From NCBI GenBank assembly GCA_046292765.1, contig JBKBQA010000009.1:7061-71060 (forward strand): a stretch of DNA of 64,000 nt. The letters are read 5' to 3'. Positions within the stretch are counted from its first letter, which is position 1, and each line of letters begins with the position of its first letter. Both the position numbers and the translations under genes were made by a program. The stretch is from Alcanivoracaceae bacterium (lineage in GTDB: Bacteria; Pseudomonadota; Gammaproteobacteria; Pseudomonadales; Alcanivoracaceae). Positions 8,921 to 18,100 of the stretch are shown here, one piece after another. The notes beneath the pieces are model-generated. The model saw only the letters and a program-made list of their open reading frames with translations, made no database searches and was not told the origin of the DNA.

Positions 8921-9547
8921 TTAAAGCAGATTCTCCCGGACCGCGCGCCAGTAATCCGCCTCGGTGTCCAGATCCCATAATAACGGCAGCATGGTGCTGA
9001 TACTGCCCTGCTGCTGCAAGCGCTCACAGGTGCGGGACAGCGCGTCCGCTCCGCCGTAGGGCACCCCAGAGAGCAGGCCTGTATCCTGCCAGCGCGCCGC
9101 CGCACTGCTGCCAAGCAGCCAAAAACCACCATCCTCAGCGGGGCCCACCACCACCTCATGTTCCTCAAGCGCCGCCAACGCCTGCTGCAGGTGGGCGCCT
9201 GTCAAGGCCGGGCAATCACAGCCAATCAATATGACGCGTCGGGCGACTCGATGCGCAACGAGCAGGGCCCGGATCATGCGCTCGCCGAGTTGCTCACCTT
9301 CCTGCAGATGAAAGCTGCCGGCTGCCTGCACTGCAAGAGCGGCCAGCGGCGTCGACGCGCCGGCTGAAAACAGCATCCAGGGGCAACCGGCCTCTGACAC
9401 ACGTGCCACAGTAAGCTGCAACAGGCGCTGGTATGTCTCCAGCGCGCGCTGATCGCCAACTGTAGCCGCCAAGCGGGTCTTGACCTGTCCGGCAACCGGC
9501 GGGCGGGCGAACACTGCGATGGCGGCGGGCAGCAGATCACTGGCCAC
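8921..9547 (-). CDS. DUF2064 / TIGR04282-type glycosyltransferase-like protein
   Basis: AVFARPPVAGQVKTRL, LIGCDCPALT and GPAEDGGFWLLG. GTG start at 9547 overlaps the stop of the upstream GT2 gene. Confidence 0.75.
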   Translation of the reverse strand: MASDLLPAAIAVFARPPVAGQVKTRLAATVGDQRALETYQRLLQLTVARVSEAGCPWMLFSAGASTPLAALAVQAAGSFHLQEGEQLGERMIRALLVAHRVARRVILIGCDCPALTGAHLQQALAALEEHEVVVGPAEDGGFWLLGSSAAARWQDTGLLSGVPYGGADALSRTCERLQQQGSISTMLPLLWDLDTEADYWRAVRENLL

Positions 9548-10232
9548 CGTAATACTCCCTGTGCAAGACGATGGGGTCGGCACCGAAGAAATAACGCGCC
9601 CGTAGCGACCACATTTGCCCCACCGTTCGCCACACGCCACGTTGACGCCAACGTCGGGTATTTATCACCAGCCGCTGGCGCAGACAAACCGGCGCGGCAA
9701 ACTGCTTCAAGCGCCGGCTGATTTCCACGTCCTCCATCAATGGCTGGACTGGAAACCCTCCCACGCGCTCGAACAGTAGCCGGCTGGCGAAAATGCCCTG
9801 ATCACCGGTGGCAATCCCGCTCCAGCGCGAACGCAGGTTCATCATTGCAGCCACCAGACGAAGGCGAATATCCACTACATCGGGAGCGACATCGAAACGC
9901 CCCCAGGCGTCAAACCCGCCCTCGCTCACAAGGCGCTCCAACGCCGCAACCGGATCTTCGACAAAGGTCGTATCGGCATGAAGAAACCACAACACTTTGC
10001 CACTGGCGGCCGCCGCGCCGCTGTTCTGTTGCAGCGACCTGCCCCGCTCACACTGCACCAACCGATCCACAAGGGGTCCTGCCAGCACCGCCGTGTCATC
10101 GTCGCTGCCGCCATCAGCGAGAATGATTTCCACGCCACGCCGGCGCCAGGGCTGGAGCAGCAGGAGCAGCGGGCGAATTCCGGCGGCTTCGTTCAGGGTG
10201 GGAATGACAATACTCAACCAGAGAACGGACAT
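9537..10232 (-). CDS. Family-2 glycosyltransferase (TIGR04283-like partner of DUF2064)
   Basis: LSIVIPTLNEA, ILADGGSDD and WFLHADT are GT2 motifs. Confidence 0.8.
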   Translation of the reverse strand: MSVLWLSIVIPTLNEAAGIRPLLLLLQPWRRRGVEIILADGGSDDDTAVLAGPLVDRLVQCERGRSLQQNSGAAAASGKVLWFLHADTTFVEDPVAALERLVSEGGFDAWGRFDVAPDVVDIRLRLVAAMMNLRSRWSGIATGDQGIFASRLLFERVGGFPVQPLMEDVEISRRLKQFAAPVCLRQRLVINTRRWRQRGVWRTVGQMWSLRARYFFGADPIVLHREYYGGQ

Positions 10233-10278
10233 CAGGGGTTCCGGACGGTAGAATTCGTGACGACACGGAGGCGGTGAG

Positions 10279-10284
10279 TATAAT
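10279..10284 (+). promoter_or_regulatory. Candidate -10 hexamer (TATAAT) for the tRNA-Arg gene
   Basis: A perfect TATAAT lies 19 nt upstream of the mature tRNA 5' end. I found no convincing -35. Confidence 0.4.
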
Positions 10285-10302
10285 GCGGCTCTCTGCTGAC
10301 AT

Positions 10303-10379
10303 GCTCCCGTAGCTCATCTGGATAGAGCGTCCCCCTCCTAAGGGGAAGGTAACAGGTTCAAGTCCTGTCGGGAGCACCA
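10303..10379 (+). tRNA. tRNA-Arg (anticodon CCT)
   Basis: Hand-folded cloverleaf: acceptor GCTCCCG/CGGGAGC, D arm GCTC..GAGC, anticodon stem TCCCC/GGGGA with loop CTCCTAA, T arm ACAGG TTCAAGT CCTGT, and an encoded CCA. Confidence 0.95.
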
Positions 10380-10390
10380 GTTTCGCAGCA

Positions 10391-11068
10391 TTACTGCTCA
10401 CTCTCCGGCCAGCCCGGCGGAATACGATAATAGCCCGTATCTTTCTGTCGGAACCGCTCCTGATCCGCTACCCGTTGAAACCGGCGCAATGAGAAATACG
10501 GGATATCACGCAGAATCAGGTTGGCAATCCAGGCGGGAATATAGCCACCCGGATCCAGCACCACCTCAAAGGTGACGTGCACTTCGCCGGGCTTCACCGG
10601 CATAAAACGGAGCATCCCTTTCAGCTCCGGCATGCGCACATAACCGGATTGCGGCGGCATCAGACTCTGCTCGGCCTCATAGGCAACCACCACGGCAAAG
10701 CTGTCGGGTTCCTGACTGATCTGCAGGTTCAGCGGTGCATCACGGTTGCTCACCGGCCAGGGCAACCGGGTGGTCACCCAGATGCGTCTCTCTACACCTG
10801 AGTCCCGACCCAGATCGGAGATAGACGAAATCATGTGCATCCAGCTGGCGACGAAGTCGTAATCGTCCACATGATTGCCGATGGCGCGGAAATCGGACAT
10901 CGGCACCACTGCTTCACCACGGAAAGTCTTGATCGGAGAGTCATCGTTGTGCGCCATGTAGACCCGGATGCCATCGCGATCGGTCACCAGTCGCCACTGG
11001 CGCTCTTCAGCCATGACAGCACTGGCAAAACTCGCCAGCAAAATGAGGCTGATCACCAGTTTGTTCAT
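10391..11068 (-). CDS. Secreted START/SRPBCC-like lipid-binding domain protein
   Basis: Signal peptide MNKLVISLILLASFASAVMA. W.LV.D.DGI.VY followed by ..LPWPVSNRD.. is the pattern of bacterial START-domain proteins. Confidence 0.65.
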   Translation of the reverse strand: MNKLVISLILLASFASAVMAEERQWRLVTDRDGIRVYMAHNDDSPIKTFRGEAVVPMSDFRAIGNHVDDYDFVASWMHMISSISDLGRDSGVERRIWVTTRLPWPVSNRDAPLNLQISQEPDSFAVVVAYEAEQSLMPPQSGYVRMPELKGMLRFMPVKPGEVHVTFEVVLDPGGYIPAWIANLILRDIPYFSLRRFQRVADQERFRQKDTGYYRIPPGWPESEQ

Positions 11069-11164
11069 CAGGTCTCCTGATACGGATATCGTATAGCTGA
11101 ATTATGCGGCGCTCTCCGCCACGAGGGCAGCCCTGCTGCCAATGGTTTTGTATTGATTCTGTCC

Positions 11165-12655
11165 CTATAGATAGGGCTCAAAAATATGGGCCAACGCATA
11201 GCCCACCCGACGCCAGCCCGGGAGTCGGGCATCGGTATCGACCTTCAGCGCTTGCGCTTGTCCGGCTCGTAAGTCGAAGCGCTGGTTAAGCTGTCTGGCA
11301 AGCGCTTCATCATAGCACTCCATATCGAGCTCAAAATTGAGGCGTAGACTGCGAGCATCCCAATTGCCCGAGCCGAACAGGGCCCAGCAGCCATCCACAG
11401 TCATCAGCTTACCGTGGTCGAACACGCCCTCACTGAGTCGCACATCGCAGCCCTTGCGTGCCATCCAGGGGAGTATGTGCATGGATGCCCAGTGGACGAT
11501 CTTCAGGTTATTGTGCCGAGGCACCAGAATCCGCACCTGTACGCCACGCAGGCAGGCCAGATAGAGCGCCATCTGCAATGTCTGGTCGGGGACGAAGTAC
11601 GGCGTCATGATGCGGATCTCCTGCTCTGCCCGCCCGATAGCCGCCAGCAGAGTCAGCCTGCGCTTTTCGAAATCGGCGTCCGGCCCGGCGCCGATCCCCC
11701 GAGCCAGCACTGGACCGACAACCGCCGGTCCCCGGTAGGCATCATCCAGCAACTCTGCAGCACTGAAATGCCAGTCAGTGGCGAAGCTGTGCAGCAGATG
11801 GCCCACTACAGGCCCTTGAATGCGGAAGTGCAGATCTCTTGCCAGCGGCGGGTCCAGCAGATAGCCGCCGCGCAGATTCATGCCGCCGGTGAAGCCGAGG
11901 CAACGGTCGACCACCAGCACCTTGCGGTGGTTGCGCATATTCATATAGCTCATGCGCCAGGGTGCCCACGAATAGAGAAAACGGGCGGTGGGGATGTCCG
12001 CTGCCAGCAGGCGGCGATAGGCCGTCGGAAACGAATACAGCAGCCCCATACCGTCAACCAGCACGCGTACGCGCACGCCTCGTTGATGGGCATCGCGCAG
12101 GGCGTCAATCATGCGATGTCCGGCAACATCATTGCTAAAGATATAGGTGCAGAGGTAGACCGATTCCCGGGCCTCCGTAATCGCGGCGATCATGGCCTCG
12201 AAAGCCTCTGCCGCCTCCATTGCGTCGATCCGGTTGCCGCCGGTAAGAGGCATGCCTGTGAGATTGCCTACCAGTGCCGAGAGCGCAAACAGGTTCTGCC
12301 GCGACGGCACCGGCTCGGCAGCCGGACGCCAGCCACTGACAGTATCGAGTGCGCCCCCGGTGAGCTGACGAGCGCGACGGTGAATCCGGTTGATCCCAAT
12401 CAGCAAATAGAGCAGCACGCCAAGCAATGGCACCAACCATACCAGCCCGGTCCAGGCGGCGGCAGCCCGCGACTCACGCTTGTGCAGCACGATATGGATG
12501 GTGGCGAGCGCGGCCAGCAGCACACTGGAAAACGCCAGCAACCCGGGCCAGTACCGTTCCCACGTCAGGAAAGCCATTTCCATCACAGTCACGGCAGCCG
12601 CCACTCCCGCCTCAGCAAGTGCATGGGTGGCATCGATGGAAAACGCCCCGGTCAC
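11165..12655 (-). CDS. cls: Cardiolipin synthase (PLD superfamily)
   Basis: Two HKD motifs (HRKVLVVD, HGKLMTVD) and two N-terminal TM helices. The start is uncertain: GTG at 12655 overlaps the PilZ stop, and ATG at 12583 is the alternative. Confidence 0.9.
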   Translation of the reverse strand: MTGAFSIDATHALAEAGVAAAVTVMEMAFLTWERYWPGLLAFSSVLLAALATIHIVLHKRESRAAAAWTGLVWLVPLLGVLLYLLIGINRIHRRARQLTGGALDTVSGWRPAAEPVPSRQNLFALSALVGNLTGMPLTGGNRIDAMEAAEAFEAMIAAITEARESVYLCTYIFSNDVAGHRMIDALRDAHQRGVRVRVLVDGMGLLYSFPTAYRRLLAADIPTARFLYSWAPWRMSYMNMRNHRKVLVVDRCLGFTGGMNLRGGYLLDPPLARDLHFRIQGPVVGHLLHSFATDWHFSAAELLDDAYRGPAVVGPVLARGIGAGPDADFEKRRLTLLAAIGRAEQEIRIMTPYFVPDQTLQMALYLACLRGVQVRILVPRHNNLKIVHWASMHILPWMARKGCDVRLSEGVFDHGKLMTVDGCWALFGSGNWDARSLRLNFELDMECYDEALARQLNQRFDLRAGQAQALKVDTDARLPGWRRVGYALAHIFEPYL

Positions 12656-12984
12656 TCATCAGCAAAACTGACGGCAAGATGCTCCAGCGCCAGTACCACC
12701 TCGTCAGGACAATGGATTATCTGATAGCCGGCATGCCAGCGCCCGGTATCGGTGTAATCGAGCCAGCGGCGCTCAACCTCCAGAGGCACCAGCTCAATAC
12801 CGTGCATCGGCCAGGGCAGTACCAGTTCGACGGTATGGATATCGGCCGACACCGGCGCACCCTGCCCCGACACGCTGAACCCACCCGGAGACAGGTCAAT
12901 CAGATGGCCGAACGGGGCGCTACCGGCGGGCTCTCTGACGCGCACATTCACGTTCAATGCATCCCGTTTGGTGCGATGCTTCAT
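12652..12984 (-). CDS. PilZ domain protein (c-di-GMP binding motifs present)
   Basis: MKHRTKRDAL...GHLIDLSPGGFSV (RxxxR and DxSxxG motifs). ATG at 12984 is preceded by GGAGG. The longer track ORF is probably over-extended. Confidence 0.75.
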   Translation of the reverse strand: MKHRTKRDALNVNVRVREPAGSAPFGHLIDLSPGGFSVSGQGAPVSADIHTVELVLPWPMHGIELVPLEVERRWLDYTDTGRWHAGYQIIHCPDEVVLALEHLAVSFADE

Positions 12985-13068
12985 GGCGCCTCCGAACATG
13001 ACCGACAGGTCTTCAGTCTGCGTCAGCTTCGGGTACCATGCAATCGGAGGGTCCCAGAGGTATGCGTT

Positions 13069-13650
13069 ATGTCTCAACAGGATGATGAGCTGTTTGCCAG
13101 GGAGATGCAGGGCGTCCGGCGGCTGCCCGACAGCCCGGTCTCGGTTGCGCCGGTTAAACAGGCTCCTTCACTGGCTCAGCTCGCCCGCAGACAGGCGGCG
13201 GACCAGGAGACACGCTCGCTGCGGGAGCCCCTCAGCCTGCCTGAACAAGTCCCCGAAGTGGGCCCGCACGACATTGTCGGATTGAGAAAAAATGGCGTCC
13301 AGGAAGGGGTCTATCGCAAATTACGACTCGGCAAGTATGACCCGCAGTCACGACTCGACCTGCACCGCGTCACCCTTCGCGACGCCCGCATCCAGGTGAT
13401 CGCCTTCCTGAACGACGCCTGTGCGCATGGCCTGCGGACCGTGCTGATCACCCACGGCAAGGGCTATCACAGCGTCACCCCCGGCCGGCTGAAAAGCTAC
13501 GTAGTGCACTGGCTGGAGGAGTGGGATCTGGTGCTGGCCTATCACAGCGCCAAACCCTGGCACGGTGGAGCCGGCGCTACCTACGTGCTGATCCGCAAGG
13601 CCCCCGAAGCCAGTCTGCGCAACCGAGAACAGTTCACTCAGGGACGCTAG
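13069..13650 (+). CDS. smrA: Smr-domain protein (SmrA-like endonuclease)
   Basis: Only the last 193 codons of track ORF 12427..13650 are credible. LDLHRVTLRDARIQVIAFLNDACAHGLRTVLITHGKG is an Smr domain. Confidence 0.85.
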   Translation: MSQQDDELFAREMQGVRRLPDSPVSVAPVKQAPSLAQLARRQAADQETRSLREPLSLPEQVPEVGPHDIVGLRKNGVQEGVYRKLRLGKYDPQSRLDLHRVTLRDARIQVIAFLNDACAHGLRTVLITHGKGYHSVTPGRLKSYVVHWLEEWDLVLAYHSAKPWHGGAGATYVLIRKAPEASLRNREQFTQGR

Positions 13651-13669
13651 GGAGTTATTCAGAGGTGCC

Positions 13670-15067
13670 CTACCGGCGCAACCGGTTCATTCCATTGATG
13701 GCTGCCACCCGATAGCCCTCGGCCATGGTCGGATAGTTGAAGGTAGTTTCGAGAAAATAATTCAGACTGTTGTGCGGCGCAGGCTGGCGCATGATCGCCT
13801 GACCAACGTGAACAATCTCGGTGGCTTGATAGCCGAAACAGTGAATGCCCAGCACTTCCAGTGTGTCGCGGTGAAACAGGATTTTCAGCATGCCAACCTG
13901 CTCGGCGGTGATCTGCGCTCGAGCCAGATTGCGAAAGAACGCCTGACCGACCTCGTAGGGAACATGATCCCGCGTGAGCTCCTGTTCGGTGCGCCCAACC
14001 GAGCTGATGCCGGGAATGGTATAGATGCCAGTGGGCACGTCCGTGACCTGCCGGGGCTTCTCACCACAGAGCGTAGAGGCACAGAAGCGCCCCTGATCAT
14101 AGGCGGCACTGGCCAACGACGGCCAGCCAATCAGATCGCCGACGGCGAAGACTCCCTCACAGGCCGTCTGATAACGATCGTCGACCTTGAGGTGTCCGCG
14201 CGAATCCGCCTGTAGCGCCACTGAGTCGAGCCCCAGATGCTGGCTGTTACCGGCACGCCCGTTTGACCAGAGCAGCGCATCAGCCCGGATCGCCTTACCC
14301 GACTCCAGATGCAGCGTGACGCCGTGATCATCGGCCTCGACCGAGGCGTAGTGCTCGTCATGGCGAATGGTCGCGCCCTGCTCGCGCAGGTGATAGCTGA
14401 GTGCATCACTGATTTCGGCATCGAGAAAGTCGAGCAGATGGGAGCGGGTATTGATCAGGTCGACACGGATACCAAGACCGGCAAACAGCGACGCGTACTC
14501 GCAGCCGATCACCCCGGCACCATAGATGATCAGGTGACGCGGGGTGTGCGGCATGGACAGGATGGTGTCACTGTCATAGACGCGCGGATGAGAAAAATCC
14601 ACGTCGTCCGGACGATACGGCCGGGATCCGGTGGCCAGAATCACGTAGCGGGTTTCAAGCAGCCATTGGCGGCCATCGGCATCCTCGACGTGAACCTTGC
14701 CGGCGCCCTGAAGCCGACCCCGGCCGCTGAAAACCGGAATCCGGTTGCGCTGGTAATACCCGGTACGAACCCGAACCTGCGACTCCACCGCCTCCCCGGC
14801 GCGGGACACCATGTGCTCCCAACGCATATCGGCGGGCGACAGGATATCTCTCAGTAACGGATTGCGGTGATGACGGATGACCTGACGGATCTGGTGTCGT
14901 AGTGCTTTCGAAGGAATGGTGCCGAGATGTGTGCAGCTACCACCGACCCGGGGCTGATCCTCCACCACCGCCACCCGAAAGCCGCTCTTGACCGCGCGCA
15001 TGGCGGCGGCCTCTCCAGCAGGACCAGTGCCGATGACAACCAGATCCCAACCGCCAGAAATATCCAA
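13670..15067 (-). CDS. sthA: Soluble pyridine nucleotide transhydrogenase
   Basis: 465 aa. [14 protein letters not shown], the redox motif [13 protein letters not shown], and a C-terminal dimerisation domain. Confidence 0.95.
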   Translation of the reverse strand: MDISGGWDLVVIGTGPAGEAAAMRAVKSGFRVAVVEDQPRVGGSCTHLGTIPSKALRHQIRQVIRHHRNPLLRDILSPADMRWEHMVSRAGEAVESQVRVRTGYYQRNRIPVFSGRGRLQGAGKVHVEDADGRQWLLETRYVILATGSRPYRPDDVDFSHPRVYDSDTILSMPHTPRHLIIYGAGVIGCEYASLFAGLGIRVDLINTRSHLLDFLDAEISDALSYHLREQGATIRHDEHYASVEADDHGVTLHLESGKAIRADALLWSNGRAGNSQHLGLDSVALQADSRGHLKVDDRYQTACEGVFAVGDLIGWPSLASAAYDQGRFCASTLCGEKPRQVTDVPTGIYTIPGISSVGRTEQELTRDHVPYEVGQAFFRNLARAQITAEQVGMLKILFHRDTLEVLGIHCFGYQATEIVHVGQAIMRQPAPHNSLNYFLETTFNYPTMAEGYRVAAINGMNRLRR

Positions 15068-15151
15068 GACAACCCCGCTAGACTCCGGATCTGCAGCAGA
15101 TCATGGCGAACACTAACCCTGAAGGCAACTACCGCTGACGCGCCCTGAGCA

Positions 15152-18100
15152 TTAGCTACGACGCCTGATCAGTAGCAGACCGGAAAATAAGAGAGCCCAG
15201 AATGTCACGCCCCCCGCCAGCTTGTTTCTGTTCGGATAAACGACACGAAATTCTGCCGCCGTTTCAGACCCACACTCGTCAGCTATCGACAGCACAAAGC
15301 GATCATTAAACTCGGTTTCGAATGTTCGCGGAGTATAAGTGACAGTTCTAGCGACAGGATCCACAATCAGCCCGAGGCCCTCCAGCCCGGGCACGGGGCC
15401 ATCCGCAGAAGAGTCAATCGCACCAACCCCCTCGACCCCGAATACCAGAAACCTCTCCTCATCCACTCCCTCAATCTGAACCACGCGACGACTCACAGCT
15501 GCAAACTTCGGTGCCTCGCGCATAGTAATGGAGGTTAAATCCAAAGGCAGTCCCTCTGGAAAGGCAAGGTCGCCATCCGGGTCAATAGCATCAAGATCAA
15601 AAACCACCGACTCGCCAGCTCGAGAGTTCACAGTCCTCGACTTGAACTGCGGCGGCACATTAACAATTCGAACGGAAACCTCGGCCGGCTCTGAAACAGT
15701 CAAACCCGACACATCATTAAAGGAGTGAAACCTGTAACTAAACGTTTCCTGCACTCCGGCCTTTAGCTCCTCACATGTGAGAGGACCCGGGTCAAAAAGA
15801 ACAATACAATCCTCACTGTTCTGCGGAGAGCCTGGCTCGCCGCCACATGCAGATTCGCTTGCAGTGAGCAGGGTCCTACCGATACTTTGCTCGTCGATAA
15901 AGAGCTCAATTTCAACGCCATTCTCCGCATCTGATGTCCCAAATATCCTGAGAGCACCATTAGTGGTGATGAAATCATTGGAATCAGGACCGTCATCGTC
16001 CTGAAGCCCGTCGATACTGAGGAGGGAAGATGAAACAACCGACGGTCTATCTGACTCCAACGGCACCGCGCTAGACCGGACATAAACTGTTTGTCTCGCA
16101 CTAGCCACTGCCCTTCCGCTGCGATCACGCAGCAATGCGACAAGGTCGTACTCCCCTTCAGACAGCAACACAGCAGAGTGATCAAAGCTCCAGGTGCCGT
16201 TCGGCACACGCTTCACGGTAAAATTTCCGGTGCCATTGGATCTTGGAAAAGTAGCCAGCCCCGTTGTCGCGACCGTATCTGGATCGAGGTCAATCGCCCC
16301 TCTCAGCATAATGTTGGCAGCAGTGCCCCCGGCTCCATCCGGCACGCCATCGCCGACCAGATCATTGGCAAGTACATTGACTCTCGCTCTGCGATCAAAT
16401 CGAATCTGATTCCCACCCTGATCATCAATGGCCGTTGGCACCTGCAGCTCGTAAGCGCCACGATCACAAACCCCGCCCGAAAGTCGAGACTGCCCACGGA
16501 GGTCCAAAGAACGACAAGCTCGAGGGGTGCCATCGCCGGCAGCCAGATCGAGATTACTGTTTCCGGCATCCACCAAAAGCGGGAAAGCCGGATTGCCAGA
16601 CTCTAGAATCAAGACGGGAAAATGGGGAGGAATGAACGCGCCGTCAGCAGAGTATGAGTAGCCTGATAGCACCGCGCCATTAAGCACCGCCTCAATATCA
16701 GAAAGTGCAGCAACGTCGTTGCTCTGACTCGCCGCAGGCACCGCCGGGATACAACCAAGAGGGATAACAGAGTCGAACAGATTGTAATAACTCTCTTTCA
16801 ATAGAGCGCTACCAGAAGAACAATCTCCAGACCCGGCATAAACCGAGTTTGACATCTGTACATTGCCGAGTGTGTCGCCAAGCTCGATTGCCCCTGCGGC
16901 AGCGCCAGGATCATTGAGGATCGTAGAATTCAGAATGTATGCCGTGACGGAACTATCCAGTTGCTGGAGATCCATCGCCGCACCTTCCGCCGCGCTGTTG
17001 CCGGAAAAGGTGCTATTGATGACTCTCAAGCTACCCCCTTTGGGAAGGTTGATATCAAGAGCGCCGCCAGCTTGTGCAGCCGAGTTGGTTTCGAACGTTG
17101 AGGACTCGATACGAATATCATGCCGCTGGTTCTGACCAACCATTGACAACACGCCACCATTCGATCCAGCACTGTTGCCTACAAAATGACTGCGTCGAAG
17201 CAGAACCGATCTGCGAAGATCCGAATTGTAATTAAGATAAATTGCCCCGCCCGATCCAGCAGCCGCGCTATCACGCACGACAACGTTATCGAGAGTCAAG
17301 CTGGCATTAGTAAAGATAGCACCACCGTTGCCAGCAGAAGCACCGCCTTCCAAAGTTAAATTACGAAGAGTCATGCCTGAGCTGGCCAGAATGAGCCTAT
17401 CAAGACCGTTGCCAGAAATAGTTGTCTTCTCGGGCCCCAACCCCTCGATATCAACCAATGAGTTCTCAACCACTAGTTGGGCATCAAGCTGAATAGTACC
17501 TTCCACCTCGATGACAATCCGATCCCTGCCCGTCGCACCCGGCATACAATCAGGGACAAAGAAGGGCGATCGATCAATGCTGGCCCTCAACGCTTCCCTG
17601 AGGGTGCAAAAGCCATCAATATCATCATTGTCTGCAAGGCTATTCACCCTGATCTCAGCAGCCCCCACCGCACCAATTGCCAGCAAAGAAACGGCCGCCA
17701 AGACAAACTGCCTGCCAAACCATTGCCGCCAACGCAGGATCATCATTGCCACTCCAAATATCAGACCAAACCCGCCTGCGCCTGACAACGTTGAGATATT
17801 TTCTTTACTGGTGAGACCCGAGGCGGGCTGAACAACCAGATTAACGTTTGCTGAAGGCCCGACCCCTGCGTAGGTATCCCCTATCACTGCGAATCGGTTA
17901 ATCGTATAACGGAACTGATCTACGCCATGAAATGCGGGAACCGAAGTGTAATGCACCATGGGGTACCCTAACGGCACCACCTCACCATCAGCAGACAACA
18001 TCACGCCGTCACCGACCAGAACTTCCAGCACCCCCCGGGAGGGCATCAATGGAAAGACAACACAATCAACCTCTGGATTGAAAGGCCCACCATCGGCGGG

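Noticed and set aside
12427-13068. Upstream two-thirds of the 407-aa track ORF 12427..13650 (+)
   Set aside because: It runs antisense to cls and PilZ, and its composition is Arg/Pro/Ala-rich, typical of shadow frames in GC-rich DNA. Only the last 193 codons, from ATG 13069 (the Smr domain), look real.
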